A stretch of 64,000 nt of DNA from Spirochaetia bacterium (GCA_965203905.1 CBDBDQ010000005.1:6592001-6656000); one strand, 5' to 3'; positions 8,686-19,627 are shown, counted from the first letter of the stretch. Made by a program: numbers and translations. The notes: generated by a model not told the origin, from the sequence alone.

Positions 8686-10590
8686 TCAGTTCTTGAAGAA
8701 CATCTGGTCGGCGTAGTAGTTGAAGCCGATGTCGCCCTCGAAAAACGGGGGCACCTTGTTCGGCACGTTGGTCAAGTTCGAGCGGTACACCATCACCACC
8801 GGTGCGGCCTGGGAGATGCCGATGTTCCACAGCCACTCGGCCTGCAGCTCCCACGCCATGGAACTGAGCCGCTTCTGTTCCGCGCTGCCGAAGGGGTGCT
8901 TCTTGCTCTGCACGATCTGCACCTCGAAGTATTCCTTCAGCTCCGGAGGCGGCTCCTCGCCCGGCAGGGCGCCGGTCTCGTTGGACACCCCGGTTCGCCG
9001 CTTGTTCATCTCCTGCCACCAGTCCCAGTACTGGCGCGCCATGTGGGACAGCGACTGGGTGTGGCCGCCGCCGCTGCTCAGGTAGTCCTGCATCTCGCCG
9101 ATGGTCTCGTTCCATTGCACGAAGTCGATCGTACCGCCCGACATGCCCTGGTCGATCACCGATCCATCCGCGGGGCGCAGCTCCAGGTCGATACCGATCG
9201 CTTTGAAGTCCTCCTTGACCAGCTCGTAGGCGCGTGTCGGCTTTGTGCCGTGGAACGCGTTGATGACGACGAACGGTTCGCCGTTGGGCAGCAACCGGAT
9301 GCCGTCGTCGTTGCGCTTGTCCAGGCCGAGCGCGTCGAGCATGCGGTTGGCCTCGTCCGGGTCATGCCGCGCGTAAGGGTGGTCCTCGCCCCACTCCGGC
9401 CGGTAGATGCTGGCCAGCTTGGTGATGGTCATCTGCGACGGTGTGCCCTGCCCCAGGAACTGCGCCTCGTTGATCCGATCGCGGTCGAACGCCAGCGAAA
9501 TCGCGCGCCGGAACTCGACGTTCTCGAAGAACGGCCGCTTCGCCTCGTCCTTGATGTTGAGGTTGAACGCGAACGCCATGCCGACGCCCTCGAACCACGA
9601 TTCGATCAGGTTGAGCTTGTAGTTGCCGGCCTTCTGCCCCTGCACCAGCAACGGGTAGTTGACCAGCTGCGTCATCGCGTAGTCCGCCTCGCCACCGATT
9701 ATCTTCAGGTTCATCGCCTCGCGGTCGGACACGATCTGAATCAGGCCCGAGTCGATGTAGGGAAGCTGCTGGCCCGCGCTGTCGACCGCGAAGTAGTAGG
9801 GGTTGCGCTCCTTGAGGCGGAAGGTGGGCTGCACGTCGGCGAGCATGAACGGCGCCATGGTGGGCCGCTCGATGTCGCGCTGCGGGCAACAGAAGACCGA
9901 GTGATCGTTGAACGCCTCCTGCCAGTTGTCGAAGCCCTCTTCCTTGGCCTTGGCGTTGGCATCCGGGTTGTACTCCGCGTGCCACTGCTTCAACCAGGTG
10001 CTCGGCTGGTAGAGCGTCCAGTCGGTGCCCTTGTAGGTCACCAGGTCGTTCATCACCTTGGGGTAGGGCTCGCTGTACTCGATCACCACCGTAACGTCGT
10101 CCACGGCGGTAACGGTGGCGACCTGCGACGGATACCCCCACACGTAGCCCAGCTCCGCCTTCTGCATGTCGTTGAAGTGGAACGAAAAATCCTCGGCCGT
10201 GAAGGGATCGCCATTGGACCACTTTGTCCCTTCGCGCAGGGTCAGGGTGAAGGTCTGGTAGTCGTCGGAGATATTGAAGTCCAGGGCCATGTCCGGCTCC
10301 AGCGATCCGTCGTAGTCCATCCGGATCGGGGTCGGCGTTCCCTCGGGGTTCTCCCCGATCAGGTGCGCCCACGGATTCGGACTATTGCCGAACACGATCA
10401 CCTGCCCGCCGTAGGTGCCTATCTCGTCGAACACCGCGCGCACCTTGGGCTCCAGCGGCAGCCGTTCCTCGACGGGTGGCAGCTCGCCGGCGGCCACCAG
10501 TGCCGCAAGCATGGGCGCTTCCTTGTAGTCGGCCCAGGCAGAGGCGACAATCAGCGGCACGGCCGCTGCCATCAGCAGGACTTTTTTCAT
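8686..10590 (-). CDS. ABC substrate-binding protein, family 5
   Basis: Signal peptide; EAPML..LV.AGELPPVEERLP, IGTYGG, KWSNGDPFTAED, GQQLPYID. Confidence 0.92.
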   Translation of the reverse strand: MKKVLLMAAAVPLIVASAWADYKEAPMLAALVAAGELPPVEERLPLEPKVRAVFDEIGTYGGQVIVFGNSPNPWAHLIGENPEGTPTPIRMDYDGSLEPDMALDFNISDDYQTFTLTLREGTKWSNGDPFTAEDFSFHFNDMQKAELGYVWGYPSQVATVTAVDDVTVVIEYSEPYPKVMNDLVTYKGTDWTLYQPSTWLKQWHAEYNPDANAKAKEEGFDNWQEAFNDHSVFCCPQRDIERPTMAPFMLADVQPTFRLKERNPYYFAVDSAGQQLPYIDSGLIQIVSDREAMNLKIIGGEADYAMTQLVNYPLLVQGQKAGNYKLNLIESWFEGVGMAFAFNLNIKDEAKRPFFENVEFRRAISLAFDRDRINEAQFLGQGTPSQMTITKLASIYRPEWGEDHPYARHDPDEANRMLDALGLDKRNDDGIRLLPNGEPFVVINAFHGTKPTRAYELVKEDFKAIGIDLELRPADGSVIDQGMSGGTIDFVQWNETIGEMQDYLSSGGGHTQSLSHMARQYWDWWQEMNKRRTGVSNETGALPGEEPPPELKEYFEVQIVQSKKHPFGSAEQKRLSSMAWELQAEWLWNIGISQAAPVVMVYRSNLTNVPNKVPPFFEGDIGFNYYADQMFFKN

Positions 10591-10782
10591 CTGTCCTCCT
10601 CCTGTGAACGGTCACGGTAGGGGATGGGCTGGCCCCTGTCAAACAACGCGCCCCGCCCACCCCGCCCACCGGCGGCGCAACGCGCCCGCCAGCGGGGTGC
10701 GGCACGGCTGCTGACGGCCGCCACCCTCACACACCAGCCTCCGCGCCGCCAATCCCTGCGGCGTGATGGCGCAACGCCGTCC

Positions 10783-11925
10783 TCACTCCAGGACAACCGT
10801 AGGGGGGTGCCGGGGCCAACCGGCGGCCAGCCGCTGCTCGATCCGCGGCCACGGGGGCACGGCGCTGGTGGCGTCCACCGCCTCGGTCGAGCACGCACCG
10901 GTGGCCAGGGCGGCGGTTACCGCGGCCTCCGGATCGGCGCCGCGGCACACCGCGGCGAGGAACCCCGACACGGTGCTGTCGCCAGCGCCGGTGGTGCCGC
11001 TGACCGCCGCCCGGAAACAGGGACGGTACAGCTCGCGGCCGGTCCAGGCGGCAGGGTCGATCGGCAGCCGGCCGGCCGCCCGTTGCAGCCGTTCGGGGGC
11101 GGCCGCGGTACGCAGGTAGAGGCCGTGGCGGCCCAGCTTGAGCGCCACCACCGCCGCCCCCTGCCCGAGGTGGTGCTCAGCCAGCCGCCGCAACAGGCGC
11201 CCGCGCACCACGGGGTCAAGCGCCTCGAAGTCACGGATCGGGGCGGCATCCCCGGTGGTCCGCTCCAGCACCGCGACCAAGTCGTCGAGACTGGGCAGGA
11301 ACAGGTCCACCAGCGGCAGCACGCGGCCGAACAGCCGGTTCCAGTCCACCTCGCGCCGGCCGTCAGCGTCCACGTTGCTGGAGTCGAGCGAGGTGGTGAC
11401 GCCGCGAGCGCGGGCGCGCTGCAGCAGCAGGCGCAGCTCGGCGCCTTCGTCGCGGTAGATGCGGCGCATGCCCGGCGGGTAGCCGAAGTGCAGCAGGTCG
11501 TGGCCGTCGAGGTCGGTGTCGCTCACGAAGTCGGCGCCGAACAGGTCGTTGGCGCCGGAGTGGCCCAGCAGCGTGCGGTCGCGGTCGGGGGCGCTGACCA
11601 CGATCGTATAGGAGGTGTCGCTCGCCTCCAGCCGGTGCGCCACGAAGCGGGCGTCCGCGCCGGTGTTGTCGCGCAGCAGGCGTTCCACCAGGGCGCCGAA
11701 GTGGTCCGCGCCGACGGCGAACACGAAGCTGGTGGGGATCCCCAGCCGGTGCAGCACCGTGCCGCTGTTGGCGACGCAGCCGCCGATGGCCACGGCGACC
11801 GGCCCGATGCGCGTGATGCTGCCCGGCGCCAGCAGCGCGCCCGAGTCCAGCGCCGCGGCCGGGAAGGAAGGAAACAGGTCGATGCCGATGTTGCCGGCGA
11901 TCAGCACCCGCGACGGTCGCGCCAT
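10783..11925 (-). CDS. PfkB-family carbohydrate kinase
   Basis: GGCVAN, VGADHFG, GTTGAGD. Confidence 0.88.
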   Translation of the reverse strand: MARPSRVLIAGNIGIDLFPSFPAAALDSGALLAPGSITRIGPVAVAIGGCVANSGTVLHRLGIPTSFVFAVGADHFGALVERLLRDNTGADARFVAHRLEASDTSYTIVVSAPDRDRTLLGHSGANDLFGADFVSDTDLDGHDLLHFGYPPGMRRIYRDEGAELRLLLQRARARGVTTSLDSSNVDADGRREVDWNRLFGRVLPLVDLFLPSLDDLVAVLERTTGDAAPIRDFEALDPVVRGRLLRRLAEHHLGQGAAVVALKLGRHGLYLRTAAAPERLQRAAGRLPIDPAAWTGRELYRPCFRAAVSGTTGAGDSTVSGFLAAVCRGADPEAAVTAALATGACSTEAVDATSAVPPWPRIEQRLAAGWPRHPPTVVLE

Positions 11926-11964
11926 GATTGTTGAGCAGCCTCCGAGGGGATGCTACGGTAAAGC

Positions 11965-12771
11965 ATGGACGCGCGCCAGAAGTACCTGTTCGACACCCTC
12001 GGCTACCTGGTTCTCGACGACGTGTTGTCGGCCGAGCAATGCCGCCGCCTCATCGCCGCGATGAAGGCGCTGATCGACGTGCCCGACGACGAGCTGCCGG
12101 AAGGGGTGCGCAGCGCCAACGATCCCGCCATGGCCCGACTCGGCGACCTCACCAGCGCCGGCCCCGAGTTCTGCGAGCTGATCGACATCCCGCGGGTGAT
12201 CGACCTGCTCAAGGTGATCATCCACCACGAGCTGCGGCTGGAGAACACCTACGGCTACATCCGCCGCAAGGGGTTCCCCGGCCTGCAGATGCACGGCGGC
12301 GGATCGTTCGACAGCAACGGCCAGGACATGACGCTGATGTACCGCCACTTCAATGGCCGCATCTTCAGCGGCCACACCGTGGTGGCGTTCAATCTCACCG
12401 ACGTCAGCGAAGAGGAGGGCGGCTTCGCCTGCGTCCCCGGCAGCCACAAGGCCAACTTCCCGATTCCCGTGGAGATGAAGACCTTCGAGAACGGCGTCGA
12501 CCACTCCCTGATCCATACCGTTCCCTGCCGCGCCGGATCGGCGGTGATCTTCACCGAGGCGCTGTGCCACGGCGCCACCCCGTGGACCAGCGACCGGGAG
12601 CGCATCACCCTGTTCTACAAGTACCACCACGCCGGCATGAAGTTTCACAGCTTCTTCCCCAGCCGCGCCGCCCTGGAGCGAATGACCCCCAGCCAGCGCT
12701 CCTTCTACATCGAGGTCTCCTCCGACTCCCGCGACCCGCGGGTGCTCTACCCCGCCCCCAGCCGCGGCTGA
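11965..12771 (+). CDS. phytanoyl-CoA dioxygenase (PhyH) family Fe(II)/2OG oxygenase
   Basis: YLFDTLGYLVL, LTDV..EEGGFACVPGSHK, AGSAVIFTEALCHG. Confidence 0.85.
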   Translation: MDARQKYLFDTLGYLVLDDVLSAEQCRRLIAAMKALIDVPDDELPEGVRSANDPAMARLGDLTSAGPEFCELIDIPRVIDLLKVIIHHELRLENTYGYIRRKGFPGLQMHGGGSFDSNGQDMTLMYRHFNGRIFSGHTVVAFNLTDVSEEEGGFACVPGSHKANFPIPVEMKTFENGVDHSLIHTVPCRAGSAVIFTEALCHGATPWTSDRERITLFYKYHHAGMKFHSFFPSRAALERMTPSQRSFYIEVSSDSRDPRVLYPAPSRG

Positions 12772-12805
12772 CGCCAGGCTACCCACGCACCGTAAGGAGG
12801 GCGGG

Positions 12806-13999
12806 ATGAACGGCGAACCGTATCGGGCGGCGCTCATCGGGTTGGGCCGGATCGCGGACACGATCGACGACGAGACCGTGGGCAGCGGCTGGCTTGCGCC
12901 CTTCAGCCACATGGGCAGCTACCGGGACGTGCCCGAGGTGCAGGTGGTCGGCGCCGCCGATCGCTACCCCGAACAGCGGGCGGCATTCGGGCGGCGCTGG
13001 GGCGTCCCTGAAGAGAAGCTCTACGAGAACTACCGGGAGATGCTGGAGCATGAGCGCCCCGACATCGTCAGCATCTGCACCCACGTCGCGCCGCGCGCGG
13101 AAATCACGCTGGACATCGTGCGCATGGTGGGCGAAGGACGCACGGGCGTGAAGTGCATCTGGGTGGAGAAGCCGATGGCGGTCTCCCTGCAGGAAGCCGA
13201 CTCGATGGTCGAGGCCTGCCGCGAGGCGGGCGTGATCCTGATGCTGAACGCCATGCGCGCATCCGACGTGTACTACCGCCGGGCGCGCGCACTCATCGAC
13301 GCAGGGGCGCTGGGCAGGATGCTGCAGATTACCGCGCACGGGTCCGGGCCGCTGGCACACATGGGCGTCCACTGGCTCGGCGCGATGTGCGTGCTGGCGG
13401 GCGGCAGCGAGCGGGTGTCATGGCTGGTGGGCGAGGCGGAGAGCGACGAGAAGGCGAACAGCGGCGGCGATCTTGCCGGCAACGCCTACCTTGCGTTCGA
13501 AAACGGTGCGCGGGGTTTCTGTCGGATGATGCCGAGCGGCGCGTCCACGTGGACGCTCGACGCCATCGGCGAGACGGGGACCATATCCATTCGCAACGGC
13601 AACAACGGCTACGAGTTCGAGCTGTGGCGGATGGGGCAGGTCGTCGAGGGCGCCCGGCCGACCCCGGTGCGGCACGTCTTCCCGCGACCGCAGCGCATCT
13701 GGAGCGCGGGTGTCGGGCAGGTCAAGGACGCCCTCGACTGCATCGAGTCGGGCAAGACGCCCAATTGCTCGGGCGACATGGGGCGGCACCTGCTGGAGAT
13801 CGCCATCGCGATTCGGGAGTCGCACCGGCTCGGCAACGTCCGGATCGACCTGCCGCTCGCCGACCGCAGCCTGGCGCTGCGCAGAGTGTGGGACGATACG
13901 CCGGCCGCGCTCAGGAGTCCCGACCGGCCGCAGCCCGCGCACCTCCTCGCCACCATCTCCAGGCGCGAGGGCATCGGGAAACGGCGCTCCGTCTCCTGA
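12806..13999 (+). CDS. Gfo/Idh/MocA oxidoreductase
   Basis: IGLGRIA Rossmann motif, PDIVSICT, EKPMA. Confidence 0.9.
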   Translation: MNGEPYRAALIGLGRIADTIDDETVGSGWLAPFSHMGSYRDVPEVQVVGAADRYPEQRAAFGRRWGVPEEKLYENYREMLEHERPDIVSICTHVAPRAEITLDIVRMVGEGRTGVKCIWVEKPMAVSLQEADSMVEACREAGVILMLNAMRASDVYYRRARALIDAGALGRMLQITAHGSGPLAHMGVHWLGAMCVLAGGSERVSWLVGEAESDEKANSGGDLAGNAYLAFENGARGFCRMMPSGASTWTLDAIGETGTISIRNGNNGYEFELWRMGQVVEGARPTPVRHVFPRPQRIWSAGVGQVKDALDCIESGKTPNCSGDMGRHLLEIAIAIRESHRLGNVRIDLPLADRSLALRRVWDDTPAALRSPDRPQPAHLLATISRREGIGKRRSVS

Positions 14000-14099
14000 C
14001 ACGACGGCCCGTACTGGCCCAGCCTTTGTGCATGTCCATCACTTGACAACAGATCACAGAAAATTTTAGCTATGATCAAAACTTTAGCAGCCACCGGAC

Positions 14100-15319
14100 A
14101 TGCCAAACATCGACATCCCGAGCTACATAAGCAGACCGATCTACCTCAGGCGCCTCGATCCACTGGTCGGGAAGGATGTCATCAAGGTGCTCGTCGGCCA
14201 GCGACGGGTCGGCAAGAGCTACCTGCTGTATCACGTCGTAGACCTGATCAGGTAGCGCGATCCGGCGTGCCCGATCCTGTACGTAAACAAGGAATCGGCC
14301 GCGTTCGACGACATCCAGACCCATACCGACCTGCTCGACCACACGACGCAGCGACTCGGATCGGCACGGCGCGGCTGCATCCTGATCGACGAGGTACAGG
14401 AGATCCAGGACTGGCCGCGCGCGTTGCGCAGCCTCGCGGCAGAGAAGCGGTTCGATGTCTATTGCACCGGCAGCAACGCCGAGATGCTGTCCGCCGACAT
14501 CGCCACCCTGCTGGCCGGCCGCGCCGTCGAAGTGCCGGTACGCGGTCTGTCCTACAAGGAGTTCCTCGCATTCCATCGGCTCGAGGAGAGCGATGAGGCG
14601 TTACGCCGTTATATACGCTACGGCGGCCTCCCCCACCTGGTGGACCTGGAGCTGACGGACCGGGTCGTCTACGAGTATCTCGGCAACCTCTACCACGTGA
14701 TCCTGTTCAAGGACGTGGTGGCCCGGTACCGCATCCGCAACCTCGACTTCCTGCAGCGGCTGGTGAGGTTCGTGGCCGACAGCGTCGGCAGCGTGGTAAC
14801 CGCCAAGCGAATCAGCGACTACCTGAAGTCGCAGCGGGTGCGAACATCGCCCAACGCCGTGCTGGAATACCTCGCCCACCTGTGCCATGCTTGCTTCCTC
14901 GCCAAGGTGCAGCGGGCGGACGTGGTGGGACGGCGCATCTTCGAAATCGGCGAGAAGTACTACTTCGAGGATCTGGGCCTGCGCCACGCGGTGAAGCCGT
15001 TCGTGCAGCAGGACATCGGCAAGGTGCTGGAGAACCTCGTCTACCATCATCTCCGCGTGTGCGGCTGGCAAGTCGCCACCGGCCGCCTGGACCGCCGCGA
15101 GATCGACTTCGTCGCGACCCGTCACGACGAGACCCTGTACGTGCAGGTCGCCTACCTGCTGGCGGACGCGGCGACCCGCACGCCCGCGAGTTCGGCAACC
15201 TGCTCGACATCCCGGACAACTACCCGAAGCTCGTGGTGTCGATGGATCCCATCACCGGCGCCGACCACAAGGGCATCCGCCACCTCCACATCCGCGAGTT
15301 CCTGCTCACCGAGTGGTAA
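14100..15319 (+). pseudogene. AAA+ ATPase (AAA_14 + DUF4143), disrupted
   Basis: Walker A GQRRVGKS, IDEVQE, TGSN, EIDFV, REFGNL..IPDNYPK; in-frame TAG at 14253-14255 and a frameshift near 15180. Confidence 0.85.
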
Positions 15320-15326
15320 CAATGAG

Positions 15327-15452
15327 ATGTTACTGGTCGACTCGGACGTGTTTCTGGTCGACCTGCGCGAACGCCGCGACAAGCGCTTCGCGGCCAACCG
15401 GGCCTTCCCGGATTGGCTGACGACCTCCGGTCAGGACGCCACCACCATCTAC
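15327..15452 (+). pseudogene. PIN-domain protein N-terminal fragment
   Basis: MLLVDSDVFLVDLR...; sequence runs into the convergent Uma2 gene after ~42 codons. Confidence 0.5.
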
Positions 15453-16192
15453 CGGCTTTGCTGGCGCAGCAGCGCCGCCTCGAGTTCCGCTATGCGCGCC
15501 TGCGCCGTTTGGGATGCGCGTTCCGCCTCGACGCGCTTCTGTTCGGCCTGCTGCCACTTCTGTTCGGCTTCCTGCCGCTCCCGTTGCAACGCCTCGTTCG
15601 CTTCCGTAAGCGACAGCACGTCTTGTCCCGTCGCCACGTCGCGCACCCGCAACTCGCCGCGCTCCAGCCGCAACTCCACGCCAGCCAGCGTCCGACTTCG
15701 TAGCGCCAGTGCCCCGCCGCCAAGCTCCCGTGGCGCCATCGTCACATACTTCCCGCCGATCAGCTCCTCGCCGCGCAGCCGCGGCTCCAGGTAGTCTCCC
15801 GTCGGGTCATAGCGCCAGTACTCCGCCACTCCTAACTCCCGGTACAACGCCCGTTTCTCTCCCCGGTCCTTGTGCTCTGTACCGTGCGACGTCACCTCCA
15901 GCACCCAGTCCGGCGCCTTCGGCTCGTCCCACAGCAGGTACGACGAACGATCATGGCTCGGTGCCCCGATCACCACGAATACGTCTGGCGCTACCTTTGC
16001 CCCAGGGTTGCCCTCCTCATAGTACAGTAGCAGGTTGCCGGACACGTATACGTCGCGCCGATTGCGATAGTAGTGCCGTAACGCATTGCGCACGTAGGTC
16101 AATGGAGTGAACTGAAAGTCGCTTTCCGCCAACGGCTCGCCGTCCGAACTGGGGTATTCGACCACGACGGGATCAAGCACCGGGTCTGCCAT
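15449..16192 (-). CDS. Uma2-family (DUF820) endonuclease
   Basis: YPSSDGEPLAESD, APDVFVV, LEVTS, YRELGVAEYWRYDP, coiled-coil tail. Confidence 0.92.
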   Translation of the reverse strand: MADPVLDPVVVEYPSSDGEPLAESDFQFTPLTYVRNALRHYYRNRRDVYVSGNLLLYYEEGNPGAKVAPDVFVVIGAPSHDRSSYLLWDEPKAPDWVLEVTSHGTEHKDRGEKRALYRELGVAEYWRYDPTGDYLEPRLRGEELIGGKYVTMAPRELGGGALALRSRTLAGVELRLERGELRVRDVATGQDVLSLTEANEALQRERQEAEQKWQQAEQKRVEAERASQTAQARIAELEAALLRQQSR

Positions 16193-16338
16193 GGACCATC
16201 CTCCGTGCCGTCACACCATACCATGCACGCCCCGGTTCTGCTACTTCACGAGGCCGCCGTTGGGAGCCGTCTCGACGCCGCCTCAGAGATCGACGTTTCA
16301 GTTCAGCCTCTACCGACTCCGCGTTCGGGCCAGGTCGA

Positions 16339-17187
16339 CTACCCGCGCACCGCGCCGCCGGTGAGGCCGCTGACGACGTAGCGCTGCAGCAGCATGTACA
16401 GCAGGATCACCGGCAGCGTGACCACCACCGCGGCGGCCATGATGTTCTCCCAGCGCATCGACATGATGCCGAAGTAGTAGACGTGGATGCCGGGCCCGAG
16501 CGGCCGCGCCCGCGGCGTCGTCGTCAGGGCGAGTGCGAACAGGAACTCCCGCCACGACATCAGGAAGGTCACCACGCCGGCGGTCACCAGGCCGGGCGCG
16601 ATCATCGGACTGACGATGCGCACCAGGATCCCGAGCCGGCTGCTGCCGTCGATCGCCGCCGCCTCCTCGATCTCGCGCGGCACGGTGTCGATGTAGCCCT
16701 TCAGCAGCCAGGCGCTGAACGGCAGCGCGATGGCCGCGTGCGCCAGAATCACCGCCGCGTGCGTATCGAGCAGGCGCATGCGCACGAAGTAGATGTAAAT
16801 CGGAATCAGCAGCAGCGCCATCGGGAACATCTGGCTCATCAGGATGAACACCATCACCGAACGCCGCGCCGGCACCGGAAAGCGCGCCAGGGAATACCCG
16901 GCCAGCGCCCCGGCGGCGATGCACAGCGCCACCGTGCCGGTTCCCACGATCATGCTGTTGAGGAAAAAGCGCATCACCGCGAGGTCCTCGTTCAACAGGC
17001 GCCCGTAGTTGACCAGCGTGGGCCGGTGCGGCACGAACTGCGGCGGCGTCTGGTAGGCGTCCTGCTTCGCCTTGAGCGAGGTATTGAGCATCCAGTAGAA
17101 GGGAAACAGGCTGAACAGCAGGTAGGCCAGCAGGAACAGGGCCACCAGCACCACCGCCACCCGGCTGCGCCGCTGCACTACGCTCAT
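16339..17187 (-). CDS. carbohydrate ABC permease (MalG-like)
   Basis: EIEEAAAIDG EAA motif, GLTGGAVRG end. Confidence 0.92.
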   Translation of the reverse strand: MSVVQRRSRVAVVLVALFLLAYLLFSLFPFYWMLNTSLKAKQDAYQTPPQFVPHRPTLVNYGRLLNEDLAVMRFFLNSMIVGTGTVALCIAAGALAGYSLARFPVPARRSVMVFILMSQMFPMALLLIPIYIYFVRMRLLDTHAAVILAHAAIALPFSAWLLKGYIDTVPREIEEAAAIDGSSRLGILVRIVSPMIAPGLVTAGVVTFLMSWREFLFALALTTTPRARPLGPGIHVYYFGIMSMRWENIMAAAVVVTLPVILLYMLLQRYVVSGLTGGAVRG

Positions 17188-17221
17188 GTGCCGCGCTCCG
17201 GCGCGTTGCCGCCGGCCTGGC

Positions 17222-18121
17222 TCATGCGCGCCGCTCCTCGCGGTCGACCAGCTTCAGGTACAGCACCACGAACACCAGCGTATAGAAGAACCAGGTCACC
17301 CCGATCGCCGAGGCCTTGCCGAGCCGCGCCGAGTTGAACGCCGTCTCGTACACGTAGAGAGCCAGCGTCTCGGTGGCGTAGCCGGGCCCGCCCTGGGTGA
17401 GCATGTAGACGATGACGAAGTTCTGGATGGTGTAGATCACCCGCAGGATGGTGGCGATGGTGACGATCGGCAGCAGCAGCGGCAGCACCACCATGCGGAA
17501 CCGCTGCCCGAAGGTGGCACCGTCGACAATCGCCGCCTCCACCAGCTCCGACGGGATCGCCTGCAGCCCGCCGAGCAGGGTCACCATGATGAACGGCACC
17601 GACGACCACACGAACACGCCGTTGACGGCGGCCATCGACAGAGTGCCGTCGGCCAGCCACGGCAGGTTCTCGGAGGCGATGCCCAGGGTGCGTATGAGGT
17701 AGTTCACCACCCCGGTCTCGGTGCTGAGCATCCAGTTCCAGGTCACCCCGATCACCACCCCCGGCACCAGCCAGGGCACGATGAACAGCGCGCGCAGCAA
17801 CCCGCGCACCGTCACCATGGCATTCAGGGCCAGCGCCAGTGCCATGCCGATCACCACGCTGGCCGCGACCGACGCGCCGGTGATGAAGAAGGTGTTCCCC
17901 ACCACCTGCCAGTAGGTAGGATCGGTGAGGATCTGCTGGTAGTTGCGCAGGCCGACGAGCGGCTGCTTGCGGATGTTGATCAGGTTGGTGGAGGTGATGC
18001 TCAGACGCGCCGCGTCGAGCAACGGAAACAGGATGATGCCGACGATGATGGCGAACGCCGGGATCAGCAGCACGATCCCGAACGCCCGGTCGCCGAGAAG
18101 CTGCCGTCCGCCTACGATCAT
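17222..18121 (-). CDS. carbohydrate ABC permease (MalF-like)
   Basis: VGLRNY, LQAIPSELVEAAIVDGA, TQGGPG. Confidence 0.92.
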   Translation of the reverse strand: MIVGGRQLLGDRAFGIVLLIPAFAIIVGIILFPLLDAARLSITSTNLINIRKQPLVGLRNYQQILTDPTYWQVVGNTFFITGASVAASVVIGMALALALNAMVTVRGLLRALFIVPWLVPGVVIGVTWNWMLSTETGVVNYLIRTLGIASENLPWLADGTLSMAAVNGVFVWSSVPFIMVTLLGGLQAIPSELVEAAIVDGATFGQRFRMVVLPLLLPIVTIATILRVIYTIQNFVIVYMLTQGGPGYATETLALYVYETAFNSARLGKASAIGVTWFFYTLVFVVLYLKLVDREERRA

Positions 18122-18173
18122 TGCGGGGTGGCGGTTCGCTCAGGCAGGCCGGGACCTGCCTGAGCGAGTCCGT

Positions 18174-19478
18174 CTACTCGGCCAGAAGCTCTTCGAATTC
18201 GCGCTGCGCCTGCGCCGAGATCGATGCGAAGTCGCCGTTGCGCTCGATCCCCTCGGTGATCGCCTTGGCCAGGATGTCCTGCAGCCCCGGCCAGCGCGAG
18301 TCCTTCCACGGCGCGCCGCGGCTCATCGGCATCTGCTCGGCGAACGTCTGCGCAAAGTCATCCTGCAGCAGCGGGTCGTTCTCCAGCATGTCGTTGACCG
18401 TGGGCAGCAGGCCCATGTTGCTGTAGAGACCGCTGAGGACGTTGGTGTTCGCCGAGGCGAACTTGGCGAACTCGAACGCCCGTTCCTTATTCTTCGAACT
18501 TTCGAACACCACCAGCACCGTCGGGTTGGCGATGGTCCAGTTCTCGCCGGTCACGCCCCTGGGCATGGGGATCACCTGGTAGGCGTCGTCGATGGTGGGA
18601 TCCTCGGTGAGCGTGCGCAGCATGCCGCGCAGCCACGGCCCGTCGAACACGAACCCGGCGCGGCGCTCGCCGAACACGATGCGCGTGTTGTAGGGATCCA
18701 TGCCCTTGGCGCTGTAGCCGCTGTTGGTCATCCAGGCGTAGAACTCCAGCGCCTGGCGGAACTCGTCGGTGTCCAGGGTAGCGTTGTTGTCGGCGTCGAC
18801 CAGCTCGCCGCCCCACGCCCACAGCCACGGCGTGAACCAGAACGCGGCGTTGGCGCTCTTCACGTTGCGCAGCGAGAAGCCGATGATGTTGCGGCCCTCG
18901 CTGTCGGTGCCGAGCGAGCCGATCTTGGCGATCTGATCGCGGTAGGCGTGGATGTCCTCCACCGCGCCCGGGGCTAGGCCGGCCTGCTCCTGCAGGGTGG
19001 TGTTGGCGTAGGGCAGGATCGGCCCGTGCCAGAACGGCACGCCGTAGGCCACGCCTTCATAGGAGGCATCCGCCACCGGCGACGACACATAGCTGGCAAT
19101 CTCCGCCTCGCTGAGGAAGTTGCTCACCGGCTCCAGGATCCCCGCCCCGGCGAGCTGCGGGACCCACGACACCACCGGCTCGGTGATATCGGGCGCGGTG
19201 CCCGCCTGGGCCATGATCAGCGCCTGCTCGCGCATCCGCTGGTAGGTGATGTCGATGAACTCGATGGTGACGTTGGGGTTGTTCTCCATGAACGTCGCCG
19301 CCAGGTTGTTGAACGACTCGCGCCCGAACTCCTCGGCGCGCATCCGGGTCATGTAGGTCAGCGTCACCGGACCTTCGTCGCCGGCCGCCTCCTGCTCGCC
19401 GGCACCGAACACCAGCCCGGTCCCCGACCACAGCAGCAGCGCCGCGGCCGCCAGAATGAACAAACGTCTCATGTGCAT
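18174..19478 (-). CDS. carbohydrate ABC substrate-binding protein (family 1)
   Basis: GGAG RBS before ATG 19478; signal peptide; FMENNPNVTIE, AGTAPDI, YGVP, AWGG, DGPW. Confidence 0.9.
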   Translation of the reverse strand: MHMRRLFILAAAALLLWSGTGLVFGAGEQEAAGDEGPVTLTYMTRMRAEEFGRESFNNLAATFMENNPNVTIEFIDITYQRMREQALIMAQAGTAPDITEPVVSWVPQLAGAGILEPVSNFLSEAEIASYVSSPVADASYEGVAYGVPFWHGPILPYANTTLQEQAGLAPGAVEDIHAYRDQIAKIGSLGTDSEGRNIIGFSLRNVKSANAAFWFTPWLWAWGGELVDADNNATLDTDEFRQALEFYAWMTNSGYSAKGMDPYNTRIVFGERRAGFVFDGPWLRGMLRTLTEDPTIDDAYQVIPMPRGVTGENWTIANPTVLVVFESSKNKERAFEFAKFASANTNVLSGLYSNMGLLPTVNDMLENDPLLQDDFAQTFAEQMPMSRGAPWKDSRWPGLQDILAKAITEGIERNGDFASISAQAQREFEELLAE

Positions 19479-19627
19479 AGCGGCTCCAAGTATGGGACGG
19501 CTCCCCGTGGTCGTCAAATGGCGGAATGGTGGGGCGCGGTGTGGAAAGATCGTGAGGGACGTCGACGGCCTAGCGCGGACCGCAGCCCGGACGCTTACCC
19601 GCGCCACCGGTCGGGTCGCGTGTGGCA

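Noticed and set aside
14253-14255. In-frame TAG as pyrrolysine or recoded stop
   Set aside because: The same gene also has a frameshift, TAG ends many normal genes here, and no pyl genes are present.
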